Positions 8,081 through 16,695 of a stretch of DNA of 54,164 nucleotides are shown piece after piece. The translations under genes and the position numbers were made by a program. The DNA comes from a virus (lineage: Duplodnaviria; Caudoviricetes). Under the pieces are notes generated by a model. It saw nothing but the letters and a program-made list of their open reading frames with translations, was not told the origin of the DNA and did not search any database. The stretch covers positions 1 through 54,164 of the IMG/VR virus record IMGVR_UViG_3300022208_000005; one strand, 5' to 3'. Within the stretch, counting starts at the first letter, position 1, and each line of letters starts with the position of its first letter.

Positions 8081-8282
8081 TACCCCCTATTTTATGTCCC
8101 CAACATTTCTCACAAGAGAATCCTTTCTTTAACTTTCCTGTGGGTGTTCTGCATTCCATTTCTGTTTTCGTATCCTGGAAGAACATATGGGGACAGAAAG
8201 TCCTTATTATGTTAGCCTCCACACATCCTAAAATAGGCTGTTTGTGCCATGTTTTTAATAGCTCCTTAAAATGATCTGCCAT
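7950..8282 (-). CDS. Hypothetical Cys-containing protein
   Basis: ORF on the operon strand; overlaps the HD gene by about 130 bp. Confidence 0.4.
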   Translation of the reverse strand: MADHFKELLKTWHKQPILGCVEANIIRTFCPHMFFQDTKTEMECRTPTGKLKKGFSCEKCWGHKIGGNEVGKKSKEVKEVKEGRGSTGTKPSKKNGVKKSGTRDTKNKRR

Positions 8283-8284
8283 AA

Positions 8285-8662
8285 TTATTTGAAGTGTAAC
8301 TTAACTACACTCCTTTTCCTCCTCTCATAAGATATTAGTTGCATGGCTTTATTATTTATCCAAGGTAGTGTGAGTGGTAGATCAAAGCCGGTAGAACCAT
8401 CAAACTCTAAAAGGTAATTTGACTCTGGCATACTCATAGCTATCTTTGGGTACTTCCTTACAAGTTTTATAAGCTCTTTAGACCAATCATCCCATTGGTG
8501 GTCATTTATCAGAGATGTGTGGTGTCTATAGTATATGCAACTATGGACCAGTATTTGTAACCACCTTCTCTTCATCAACAGCCTTATATCAGTCTCACCC
8601 TTACCAAGAGTATTAAGCTTAATGGTCTTGCTGGGTTTTAGTTTCTTCTTTTTCTTGGTCAT
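8285..8662 (-). CDS. Stand-alone domain resembling NAD-dependent DNA ligase subdomain Ia
   Basis: HSCIYY...LINDHQWDDWSKELIKLVRKYP resembles LigA H..YY....ISDAEYD.L..EL..LE..HP. Confidence 0.6.
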   Translation of the reverse strand: MTKKKKKLKPSKTIKLNTLGKGETDIRLLMKRRWLQILVHSCIYYRHHTSLINDHQWDDWSKELIKLVRKYPKIAMSMPESNYLLEFDGSTGFDLPLTLPWINNKAMQLISYERRKRSVVKLHFK

Positions 8663-8933
8663 ATGCTTTCCTCATTCTATTTATAAAGTCAACCCTACCC
8701 TCTGTGATCTTACTCCTTAGTGCTTTTAACTCTATACAGCTTTTCTCAATCCTACCTAATTGTATACCTATCATCTGCTTCTCAAATGTACTAAGCTGTG
8801 GGTATCTACTCTTTAGTATACTAAATGCTATAGCCATTGAGCTAGCTATCTCATGGTCCTTAACTTCCTGAGGATAGCTTTTAGCTATCCCCAAATATCT
8901 GGTGTATAATTTTGATTGTTCATATAAAGCCAT
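8619..8933 (-). CDS. Hypothetical protein
   Basis: ORF in operon; likely start MALYEQ. Confidence 0.5.
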   Translation of the reverse strand: MALYEQSKLYTRYLGIAKSYPQEVKDHEIASSMAIAFSILKSRYPQLSTFEKQMIGIQLGRIEKSCIELKALRSKITEGRVDFINRMRKAYDQEKEETKTQQDH

Positions 8934-8934
8934 A

Positions 8935-9579
8935 TTATTCAATCCCCCTATTGAATGATGAGCCCAGATCTTTACCTGCATAGAAAGCCGATGTGTTTTT
9001 AACAGCATGATTCTTAACTTTAGTTTGGACTATGTCTGTATCATTAGTAAAGACTTCAGATACCTTCTGTGGTACATGTAACACCAATGCGAATTGTTCA
9101 TGGATACTATCAAAATTCCTAACCTGTTCCTTGAACCCTTCATAGAATCCTTTACTTACATCATTCCTAACACCTTTAGGGCATAATCCCTGTGATTTGA
9201 TTATTTTGTTTTGTCTTCTTCTTTCCTTCTCCATTACTTTTATAACACTTGTTATAATAGCTTCTGTTACTTCAACATCACAGCTAAAGCCCCAAATACT
9301 TACATAGTCAGTTCTGTTAATAGTTCTTAATGCAATTTTACATCTCAAGCTTTGTGCAACTTCTTGGAATATAATACCCCACACATGGTTCTTAACTATT
9401 ATATCAGTCCTTCTTGTGATGACTTCTTCTGGGTTAGACTTCTGTAATTCAGCTGAGTCTATGTTATATTTAGCCATCATTTCTCTTGCTCTCATCATTG
9501 CATTTTGTGCTTCTGCTGGAGTTCCTGCTCTTTCTGCCAAGTTCAATACCTTTTGGATTCTCTCTTTAATGTTGTTCAT
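8935..9579 (-). CDS. DUF2786-family protein
   Basis: KERIQKVLNLAE...PAEAQNAMMRAREMMAKYNID N-terminal motif. Confidence 0.75.
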   Translation of the reverse strand: MNNIKERIQKVLNLAERAGTPAEAQNAMMRAREMMAKYNIDSAELQKSNPEEVITRRTDIIVKNHVWGIIFQEVAQSLRCKIALRTINRTDYVSIWGFSCDVEVTEAIITSVIKVMEKERRRQNKIIKSQGLCPKGVRNDVSKGFYEGFKEQVRNFDSIHEQFALVLHVPQKVSEVFTNDTDIVQTKVKNHAVKNTSAFYAGKDLGSSFNRGIE

Positions 9580-9624
9580 GTTAACATCTCCTTCTCAGTT
9601 AGGGTAAGATCATTTATTAATTAA

Positions 9625-9653
9625 ATTATACCAGAACTAGAGAGTAGAGTCAA
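9625..9653 (-). promoter_or_regulatory. sigmaA-type early promoter
   Basis: TTGACT-17 nt-TATAAT with extended -10 TG. Confidence 0.7.
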
Positions 9654-9668
9654 TAGAACTTAGAGAGT

Positions 9669-10037
9669 TTAATACTCTAATTCGTAATGTATCTCATAAA
9701 TGAATATACCACTTATAGCTTGTAATGGGGTTACTACTATATTTCTAATAGTATAATTCTCTATTAGTTCTATAATTTCACTATTCAATCTGGCAGCTAG
9801 ATTATTAATACTATTAGCTGTGACTATAGCAACCTGTGGAATCCAAGCAGGAGCATGTAGTTCTTCCTGTAATTCTTCTGCATAGTCTTGTAGTTGTACA
9901 GTAGTTCTAAAACTTATATTAGCCCCACACCCGTTGCATAAAATCTTTCCCATTATGAAATTCCCTTCATTAAAGTCTCTAGCTGTTACCCTTATGGATT
10001 CATCACATTTTGGGCACTTTATAAATATATTACTCAT
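9669..10037 (-). CDS. Hypothetical Zn-ribbon protein
   Basis: CPKC...CNGC. Confidence 0.55.
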   Translation of the reverse strand: MSNIFIKCPKCDESIRVTARDFNEGNFIMGKILCNGCGANISFRTTVQLQDYAEELQEELHAPAWIPQVAIVTANSINNLAARLNSEIIELIENYTIRNIVVTPLQAISGIFIYEIHYELEY

Positions 10038-10202
10038 CTACTATCTCTCCTTTTTGTATTAACATGTGACACATGAGACCATAATAGTCTTTGTTCTATA
10101 GGCCTATCTAGGAAATCTACCTTAGTGAATAGACTCTTTAACCATTTAAACATTAGTAACTCCTCCTTTATAATAAATAATACCCTAATGTAGCCTGAAA
10201 GT

Positions 10203-10463
10203 CTATTGCTGTAGTTCTGATATTAATAGAGCTTGTGCCTGATTCTCCATTTTAAGTTCCTCTACAAGTTGGTATAGTTTGTTGATCTCATTCTGTTGAG
10301 AATGGTTCACAGTAGACTGAGCATATAACTTACCCTCCAATTCATCAATGCCATATGCTCTATTTCCATAGGCTATATCTAACTTAACTCCCACCACCGT
10401 AATTATACTGATACCAAATACTACTATCATACTTCTTAGCACTACCATTAAGCTTTTATTCAT
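10203..10463 (-). CDS. Membrane-anchored coiled-coil protein
   Basis: N-terminal hydrophobic helix followed by a heptad-like region; GGAGGG ribosome site. Confidence 0.55.
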   Translation of the reverse strand: MNKSLMVVLRSMIVVFGISIITVVGVKLDIAYGNRAYGIDELEGKLYAQSTVNHSQQNEINKLYQLVEELKMENQAQALLISELQQ

Positions 10464-10474
10464 GTTATCCCTCC

Positions 10475-10783
10475 CTATAGTGTTTTACTCTTTTCCTTAC
10501 TATCTTTGATTCTTAATATCCTATCCCAGTTAAGGCCAAATCTTTCAACTACTCTCTCAATGTACAACAGTACATGTGCCATCTCCTCTTCCATATTGTT
10601 TCTTCTTACACTACCCATTATACCCTTACAGGCTTCAACTCCTAACTCATGGCATTCTTCTGATAATTTAGTAAGAAGCCCCTTCTTAGAGTATTTCAAG
10701 GGATCTCTGGGTTTACTTGTTACTATCTCAATTCTACCCATGATCTGGTCCCTCCTTCCATATAAGTCTATTATCAATCTCAC
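10475..10783 (-). CDS. MazG-like nucleotide pyrophosphohydrolase
   Basis: KLSEECHEL...EEEMAHVLL...FGL...I..K; the true start may be about 10741. Confidence 0.55.
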   Translation of the reverse strand: MRLIIDLYGRRDQIMGRIEIVTSKPRDPLKYSKKGLLTKLSEECHELGVEACKGIMGSVRRNNMEEEMAHVLLYIERVVERFGLNWDRILRIKDSKEKSKTL

Positions 10784-11087
10784 TACTTGGATTTACATAT
10801 AGCTGTATGTTATCGTGGTCTGTTTGTACATAAGGAGCATATGAGGCTTCATCCCTATGTATAACATCTCTCCACTTATCCTCACATGAGAAATACCTCC
10901 ATTGGTTCTTAACCCTTATTTGTTCATTAAACCTTTGTCTGTGATAAGCATTAAGCCTATCATATACTAGGTAGTCCATTCCTAATGGCCCATTCGGTAC
11001 ATGTGATATTCTAAGTTTTTTCTTTTTAGCATAAGCTATAGCTTCCTCTTCCTCATAACTCTTGTACCACTTCTCAATTCGTTTCAT
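10734..11087 (-). CDS. Hypothetical protein
   Basis: ORF with its own ribosome site and promoter. Confidence 0.55.
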   Translation of the reverse strand: MKRIEKWYKSYEEEEAIAYAKKKKLRISHVPNGPLGMDYLVYDRLNAYHRQRFNEQIRVKNQWRYFSCEDKWRDVIHRDEASYAPYVQTDHDNIQLYVNPSSEIDNRLIWKEGPDHG

Positions 11088-11118
11088 TTAAGCCCCCTAG
11101 TATTATTTGATTGTTTAC

Positions 11119-11147
11119 ATTATATAAGAGATATCAATACATCTCAA
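11119..11147 (-). promoter_or_regulatory. sigmaA-type early promoter
   Basis: TTGAGA-17 nt-TATAAT. Confidence 0.65.
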
Positions 11148-11158
11148 TAGCATACTCT

Positions 11159-11180
11159 AAAAAAGACCCCGAAGGGTCTT
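11159..11180 (-). terminator. Intrinsic terminator after the TerD gene
   Basis: aagaccc-cgaa-gggtctt hairpin with an adjacent A-tract (U-tract on the minus strand). Confidence 0.75.
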
Positions 11181-11188
11181 GGTTAGTT

Positions 11189-11734
11189 TTATAATCCTAG
11201 GTTAGTACAAATCTCGGTAAGGCCATTCTCAAAGCCATCACCCAAGGCAGCAAACTTCCATTCTCCATTATGTCTGTACATCTCACCGATGATAACACCA
11301 GTCTCAATACTGTAATCCTCAGATAGATCATATCTAAGCATCTCCTCATTGGTTACCTTGTTCACAACTCGGATGAAGGCATTTTGTACTTGTCCGAAGT
11401 TCTGTCTTCTGGACACAGCATCATAAATATTCACAATAAATTTAAGCTTGTGAACATCCTCTTGTATCTCAGGTAGATTGATGAAGATTTGTTCGTCATC
11501 CCCATCTCCTTCACCTGTGAGGTTATCACCAGAGTGTTTTACCCCAGGGGCAGATTGTTTACCAAAATATACAAGAGTAAGGCCCTTGTCATTTTCATCC
11601 ACTAGAGCAACCGATGCGTCTAGATCAATGGATACACCATTTCCAACATCCCAACCCAAGCCTATTGTTACCTCTGTCATACCTGGTGCTGCTTTTGTTA
11701 AATCTACCTTTTGTCCTTTTACTAAGTTTACCAT
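11189..11734 (-). CDS. terD: TerD-family stress/tellurium-resistance protein
   Basis: LVKGQKVDL, GLGWD, DLDAS, HSGDNLTGEGDGDDEQI, NFGQVQNAFIR, GEMYRHNGEWKF. Confidence 0.92.
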   Translation of the reverse strand: MVNLVKGQKVDLTKAAPGMTEVTIGLGWDVGNGVSIDLDASVALVDENDKGLTLVYFGKQSAPGVKHSGDNLTGEGDGDDEQIFINLPEIQEDVHKLKFIVNIYDAVSRRQNFGQVQNAFIRVVNKVTNEEMLRYDLSEDYSIETGVIIGEMYRHNGEWKFAALGDGFENGLTEICTNLGL

Positions 11735-11802
11735 CTACAATTCCTCCTTAAGTATATTAGTTACATTATTAAATTATCATAGTTCTTTCTGGATGTCAAA
11801 GG

Positions 11803-12027
11803 TTATTTCTTTAATATGATCTTAGGGAACACCAGACATTCATTATTCTTAAGCCTCCTTAACTTTCCTTGATCTAGTAGTTCTTGAATCACAGGTACAT
11901 TCCAGTAAGATGATACTCCCCCTTTACTAGTTAGGGTTATTACTTTGTTATAATACTCTGTGATCTCATGTTCAGAGGTTCCAGTCTCTAGGTCTAATTC
12001 TATTACATCTCCAATAGATAATATCAT
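11803..12027 (-). CDS. Hypothetical protein
   Basis: ORF with ribosome site. Confidence 0.5.
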   Translation of the reverse strand: MILSIGDVIELDLETGTSEHEITEYYNKVITLTSKGGVSSYWNVPVIQELLDQGKLRRLKNNECLVFPKIILKK

Positions 12028-12048
12028 TACATCTCACTCCCTCTTTCT

Positions 12049-12624
12049 TTAGCCTTCCTCAATGCCAAAATTAGCTAGTATCCTATCATATATGTTCTTC
12101 TTTGTTCCACCAGACTCCAAAGCCATAACCTTACAGATACTAAGTAATAATTCCTTATCACATGATTTCAGGTGATGGGTATTACCCTCTATAATATCTA
12201 ATAAGCTATCCTCAATATAACACTTTTCAAGATAACACTTTTCAAGTATTCCACTCTTATTTATTGTCTTATTAAGCCAGTGAACAAATTCATCAAACTC
12301 CATTTCCTCAACCTCTTTTAGGTCATCCTCATCTAACTCCATAAGCTTGTAGCCCATTCTCTTAAGGACTAGTTGGTTCATTTCCTCAATTGAATCACAT
12401 TTCTCATCATCCCCATCTCTGAAGTACCCATAGAACTTATCAATAAACTCCTGCTCTTGTTTCAACTTCTGTGCCTCTCTATATTCCTTAGCTTCTTCTT
12501 GATCTGCAACTGCTCTTAATATATCAGATTTATTGTGGGGATTAATCCACTTGGGTAGTTCTTCTAGTAAGATTGTAACCTTCAATAGGTTATTAACTCT
12601 CTCTATATCATACTCTCTAATCAT
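12049..12624 (-). CDS. Hypothetical protein with C-terminal SAP-like domain
   Basis: LKSCDKELLLSICKVMALESGGTKKNIYDRIL. Confidence 0.6.
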   Translation of the reverse strand: MIREYDIERVNNLLKVTILLEELPKWINPHNKSDILRAVADQEEAKEYREAQKLKQEQEFIDKFYGYFRDGDDEKCDSIEEMNQLVLKRMGYKLMELDEDDLKEVEEMEFDEFVHWLNKTINKSGILEKCYLEKCYIEDSLLDIIEGNTHHLKSCDKELLLSICKVMALESGGTKKNIYDRILANFGIEEG

Positions 12625-12636
12625 TTTATAGTCCTC

Positions 12637-13014
12637 CTATCTACTAAACGTGTGATTACCAACTTGTAATACTTCTCTATTAGTCATGCTGTACACAAAC
12701 TCTTTATCTGTGGATATTGCCTTGTTGTAGAAGTACAGTAGTTCATCATAACCTTCTAGATCATATGCTTCCTTTACTGCTTGCATGTCCTCTTCTGTAT
12801 ACTCTCCCCTCTTAAAGCATCCTCTACTTATTGCATTGAACTGGCTGCCATTACCCTTGTAGATAACTTCTGGTATTGTATTACCAAACCAACTATCCCC
12901 CTCTACTCTATTCAATATTACCTTAGCTACCAGTACTTTCCCCATGTAAGGTTGATTCTCTGCTTCGGCATGTACAATCCTAGCCAACAGCCTTAGTTCT
13001 TCTCTCCGTTGAGT
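12637..13014 (-). CDS. SleB/CwlJ-like cell wall hydrolase domain, in frame with the upstream ORF after a TGA
   Basis: EELRLLARIVHAEAENQPYMGKVLVAKVILNRV...QFNA...LYFYN...VGNHTF. Confidence 0.8.
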   Translation of the reverse strand, partial: TQRREELRLLARIVHAEAENQPYMGKVLVAKVILNRVEGDSWFGNTIPEVIYKGNGSQFNAISRGCFKRGEYTEEDMQAVKEAYDLEGYDELLYFYNKAISTDKEFVYSMTNREVLQVGNHTFSR

Positions 13015-13275
13015 TCATTCTTCAAGTTCTACCTGCATGACTCCAATTTCTTCATGTAGAGCACTAAGATCATCACTCATCACATCCTCTAAGTTACATA
13101 ACTTATCCTCTATGATCTCATTCTGCATGGTCATCTTCTCAGCTGTAATCATAATGAACTCCTGGTTCTTCTGCATCAATCTGTAAGCACACATAGCGAA
13201 TATGCTAAAGGCTATTGACATTATTACCATAGATATCATTAAACCTCTTATCTGTCTTTGTTCTCTACTCATCAT
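13015..13275 (-). CDS. Transmembrane plus coiled-coil protein; probable N-terminal half of the SleB-like hydrolase
   Basis: Hydrophobic helix; ends at TGA 13017-13015 in the same frame as the hydrolase. Confidence 0.6.
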   Translation of the reverse strand: MMSREQRQIRGLMISMVIMSIAFSIFAMCAYRLMQKNQEFIMITAEKMTMQNEIIEDKLCNLEDVMSDDLSALHEEIGVMQVELEE

Positions 13276-13522
13276 AACCTCCTGTTATGTCCTTCATTAT
13301 ATGCTGTAAATCACCATAAGATTCATCAAAGAGAGCTTGTATTAATTCCTCATGGTATTCTGACCATTCTTCTCCCATATGTTCTTCTACCAATTCGTCA
13401 AGCCCTGGTCCAGTACATTTTCTGATACCCTCTTGATGTACCCATTCCTCTGTGAATACCTCACCTTCAATTTCTAGTGTTCTTACATCAGTTGTCTCTG
13501 TGATCTCCCAATTAAACTTCAT
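13265..13522 (-). CDS. Hypothetical acidic protein
   Basis: ORF in a tightly packed operon. Confidence 0.55.
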   Translation of the reverse strand: MKFNWEITETTDVRTLEIEGEVFTEEWVHQEGIRKCTGPGLDELVEEHMGEEWSEYHEELIQALFDESYGDLQHIMKDITGGYDE

Positions 13523-13525
13523 CTA

Positions 13526-13762
13526 CTACTCCTCCTTCAATCTTTCATTTAGTAGGGTTATAAACTTAGCTTGTCTCTTAGGACCAAAACCAAACTCATC
13601 ATGTAGTACCTTCATAGCCTCTACTAAGATTGTATCAGCATAGCTCCCTGCAAACACATGCAGGAACTCATTAAGCTTATTAGCACTCATCTTCTTGATC
13701 TCTTTATGTCTGGCCTTAAGTACATCTCTTTCCTTACTCATCACAATCCTCCTCATCCTCAT
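13526..13762 (-). CDS. Hypothetical phage protein
   Basis: LHDEFGFGPKR motif, familiar from small Firmicutes phage proteins. Confidence 0.55.
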   Translation of the reverse strand: MRMRRIVMSKERDVLKARHKEIKKMSANKLNEFLHVFAGSYADTILVEAMKVLHDEFGFGPKRQAKFITLLNERLKEE

Positions 13763-14084
13763 TCTCTTCTTCCCAACTTATATATTGAATAAATCCTAAC
13801 CCCAGGTCTATATTTTGGAATCCAACTACATATCCCAGATTCTCTAGGTAATGACTTAAGCTAGAACCAACCTTTTTAGTCATCCTAGGTAGATGTCTAC
13901 CATTTATACTATAATCACCTGTATTAGCTGCATCTCTAATGGTGTTAAATACAATAGCAAGTAGTTGTTCATTCTCAAGCTCAAACTTTCTATTCATAGT
14001 ATCCTTAGATATCTTAGATATTTCTCTAGCCTCATCAACTGTAATAGATAACTTAATAATGCTCTTTTCTAAGTCTGCCATCAT
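13734..14084 (-). CDS. Hypothetical protein
   Basis: ORF with AGGAG ribosome site. Confidence 0.5.
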   Translation of the reverse strand: MMADLEKSIIKLSITVDEAREISKISKDTMNRKFELENEQLLAIVFNTIRDAANTGDYSINGRHLPRMTKKVGSSLSHYLENLGYVVGFQNIDLGLGFIQYISWEEENEDEEDCDE

Positions 14085-14093
14085 AATTCTCCT

Positions 14094-14267
14094 TTACTTG
14101 AATATACTTCCATCTACATAGTCTACACAGTTTCTTAGCTTTATTACCAGCTGTTGTACTTCCTCAAACTCATCATAAGTTAGTGGGTTATTGATTACAT
14201 GTTCGTCTTCTTCAAAATCATTCTCACACATCTTAATAAATGTTTCTAGTCTACCAATGATCTTCAT
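14094..14267 (-). CDS. 57-aa hypothetical protein
   Basis: Hand-translated MKIIGRLETFIKMCENDFEED...; overlaps the upstream stop as ATGA. Confidence 0.45.
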   Translation of the reverse strand: MKIIGRLETFIKMCENDFEEDEHVINNPLTYDEFEEVQQLVIKLRNCVDYVDGSIFK

Positions 14268-14680
14268 AAGCTTACTACCTCCTCAATTAACTTCCATTCC
14301 TCATCCGATACTATACCACAATCATACTTCTCTTGTAGATTGTAATAACACTGCCTTAGGTATCTATCATTATGCCATAGATCATAAATGTATACTAACA
14401 TAGACATATGCCATTTTGGGAAGTAAGGACTATACCAATTCATTACAGAGTTATACTTGATCTCACTTGGCTGGTATCCTCTTCTTATCATTTCCTCATA
14501 TACCAATTGGGTATAGGCCTTAAAGTGTAACAATGAGTAGTCTAGTACTTTATTCACTAATCTGTGGTTGGGTGTGCCATTCTTATCAATTGCTCCTTTG
14601 ATTGCCAGTAATTCTCTCCATTGTGCAACTAGTTGTTTCTGTGGTAGTACTGGTATTAAGTCCTTGTGCCATAGTCTCAT
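14264..14680 (-). CDS. Pyrimidine-dimer DNA glycosylase / endonuclease V family
   Basis: MRLWHKDLIPVLPQKQLVAQWREL...VYEEMIRRGY. Confidence 0.8.
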   Translation of the reverse strand: MRLWHKDLIPVLPQKQLVAQWRELLAIKGAIDKNGTPNHRLVNKVLDYSLLHFKAYTQLVYEEMIRRGYQPSEIKYNSVMNWYSPYFPKWHMSMLVYIYDLWHNDRYLRQCYYNLQEKYDCGIVSDEEWKLIEEVVSL

Positions 14681-14707
14681 ATCATTACCTCCTCAATTAT
14701 TAGTTCT

Positions 14708-14736
14708 ATTGTACCACAGACTCAGGCACATCTCAA
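14708..14736 (-). promoter_or_regulatory. sigmaA-type early promoter
   Basis: TTGAGA-17 nt-TACAAT with extended -10 TG. Confidence 0.7.
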
Positions 14737-14756
14737 CGAAAAAAGAAAGAAGCCAA

Positions 14757-15089
14757 CTATTGTTGGCCTTCTAATTTTGGGCATCTTATACAGTTTCTAT
14801 AGGAGCAGTTTATACATTCCTGCATAGGAGGATCTATATCGTCATAGGTAAATAGAAATATAGCCCACTGTATTAGATCATATTCTTCCCTAAAGTCTTC
14901 ATTTGTTGTGGTTTGATATAATTTATCATAGACCTTAAAGCCTTCAATAAACTCTTCCAGTTCAACACATTTTAATCCAGAATCCATACCAATATAAAAC
15001 TTAGATTCTATAAGATCATGGGGGCCTAAACCAATTTCAATTCTTAACTGTTCTACACCATTTACGAATAATTGAATCTTATCTAACAT
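14757..15089 (-). CDS. Hypothetical protein with C-terminal Cys cluster
   Basis: CINCSYRNCIRC; single-gene cassette. Confidence 0.55.
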   Translation of the reverse strand: MLDKIQLFVNGVEQLRIEIGLGPHDLIESKFYIGMDSGLKCVELEEFIEGFKVYDKLYQTTTNEDFREEYDLIQWAIFLFTYDDIDPPMQECINCSYRNCIRCPKLEGQQ

Positions 15090-15131
15090 ATTAATCTCTC
15101 CTCCTCAGTAGTGGTTGTTGTTTATATACTA

Positions 15132-15160
15132 ATTATACCAGACTCTGATAGATATCTCAA
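15132..15160 (-). promoter_or_regulatory. sigmaA-type early promoter
   Basis: TTGAGA-17 nt-TATAAT with extended -10 TG. Confidence 0.72.
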
Positions 15161-15178
15161 CGAAAAAGAAAAGAGACT

Positions 15179-15571
15179 TTACTCAGTCTCTAATTCTCCT
15201 TTTGCTATGAGTACCTGTTTCTGTGTTTCTTCAAAAGGTAGGTTCTCCTGTTCAATTACAAAGGCTTTCATCTCTTCGAAAGATTTTATAATATCATTCA
15301 TGTAGTAAGTATAGTCCCAAAGGCTAACTCTTTTTATATACCTATTATAGTTTTTAGACTGAACAGCTTTAGAGGTAATATCAGATAGCATCCTAGCCCC
15401 ATACCATTTGTAGAAATCATGGATGTAGTATCTTGCACCTGTGGTTATTCTGTCCTGTTCCATTAGTACATCTATTCTTTGGTCAAAATCTTTAAACTCA
15501 TCTGTATTAGTAAAATCGAAGTAGTAAGTTCTTATTATCTGCATCTTAGTCATGTTAGTACCACCTTTCAA
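15179..15571 (-). CDS. Hypothetical protein
   Basis: Single-gene cassette; the true start is probably MTKMQ. Confidence 0.55.
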   Translation of the reverse strand: MKGGTNMTKMQIIRTYYFDFTNTDEFKDFDQRIDVLMEQDRITTGARYYIHDFYKWYGARMLSDITSKAVQSKNYNRYIKRVSLWDYTYYMNDIIKSFEEMKAFVIEQENLPFEETQKQVLIAKGELETE

Positions 15572-15602
15572 GTTCTAGTAGAGTAATTGTTTTATTAATT
15601 CT

Positions 15603-15631
15603 ATTATACCAGAACTCCCGAACTATCTCAA
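15603..15631 (-). promoter_or_regulatory. sigmaA-type early promoter
   Basis: TTGAGA-17 nt-TATAAT with extended -10 TG. Confidence 0.72.
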
Positions 15632-15670
15632 TAGTCTACGCTAAGAAAAAGGCCCCTAAAGGCCTAAATT

Positions 15671-16105
15671 TTAAATAAGACAATAATGGTAGATAGCTCC
15701 TTCTGGTAGCTGGCTTGTTAATTTCCATTCACCATTATCTAGATAACAATTCTCAGGTATTCTTTGATTATACCCACCTTGTAGTCCTAATATAGTACCC
15801 CCAATAGTCACAATCTTAAAGCAGTTAGAGATTCTATCCTGATACCACTTAGCATATGTCTCAGTACCATCCTCAAATTGTACACCTGATATAGAGTAGA
15901 ATTGTGGAGACCCACTCATACATAACATCTTAAAAGCATTCTGTCTGTGGATATACACTTTACTACTTACACCATAATCTTCAAAGTATACATCAAATAT
16001 TACATTCTTAACATGACTTCCACAGATTGGGAACCATTTAGAGCATTTAATTGGTAGTTCTTGTTCCTTCCAGCTTTTAGTATTATCAAATTTCATCATT
16101 TTCAA
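15671..16105 (-). CDS. Hypothetical protein
   Basis: Single-gene cassette with a promoter at 16142-16170 (TTGTAG-17 nt-TACAAT). Confidence 0.55.
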   Translation of the reverse strand: MKMMKFDNTKSWKEQELPIKCSKWFPICGSHVKNVIFDVYFEDYGVSSKVYIHRQNAFKMLCMSGSPQFYSISGVQFEDGTETYAKWYQDRISNCFKIVTIGGTILGLQGGYNQRIPENCYLDNGEWKLTSQLPEGAIYHYCLI

Positions 16106-16352
16106 TTCCCCCTTAGAATGGGTAAGTGATTTATTACTTCTATTGTATCACAGGTTCTAGAGGACTACAATAGAAACTTCTGTTACATGGTAAGTTATTC
16201 ATTTATAAGGTGTATAAAACGTAGTGTTTTAAGGCCGTTTTTAGGCTCGTACGCAATAGTTTAGTCATAAGTTACATATTTTCTCAGGTGTAACTGTCAG
16301 AGGCCTTAAAAAGGAAGAGTTTTAGTGAGAAAGTAGATAAATCGTACGTCTA

Positions 16353-16695
16353 AGTAAACGATATGTGAGTATAAGGATAATTCCTAGTAAACGATAGCTG
16401 CGTTGTACTAAAAGTATGGTGGCTAGTACTCATCTATCGATTACTGGTAAAACGATCGTAGAGAGCGCATATTAAGCGCTGACGCGGCTAGTTTGCTGCC
16501 AGAGCTAAAAGAAAAAGTCGTTGTATCACAAGTTTGATCTTCTTACACTCATCTATCGTTTACTACGAAATTGATTCCTTACACTCATGTATCGTTTACT
16601 GGTGATTTTACAGTACTCATGTATCGTTTACTGGCATCCATACTTTTTTGTTGTTTCACAAGTATGGCTTTAGTACAACTCATCTATTGCGTACT
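16353..16695. repeat. Cluster of ~18-bp direct and inverted repeats (ACTCATSTATCGTTTACT); candidate origin or regulatory region
   Basis: Direct copies at 16428, 16547, 16583, 16615 and 16678 (degenerate); inverted copies at 16353-16370 and 16386-16397 (partial). Confidence 0.8.

Noticed and set aside
13015-13017. Genome-wide stop-codon reassignment
   Set aside because: Conserved genes are full length in the standard code, and TAA, TAG and TGA all end genes, often overlapping the next start; the in-frame TGA is isolated.
16428-16695. Possible mini CRISPR array
   Set aside because: The repeats are only about 18 bp, irregularly spaced (119, 36, 32 and 63 bp start to start), occur in both orientations, and there is no cas operon.
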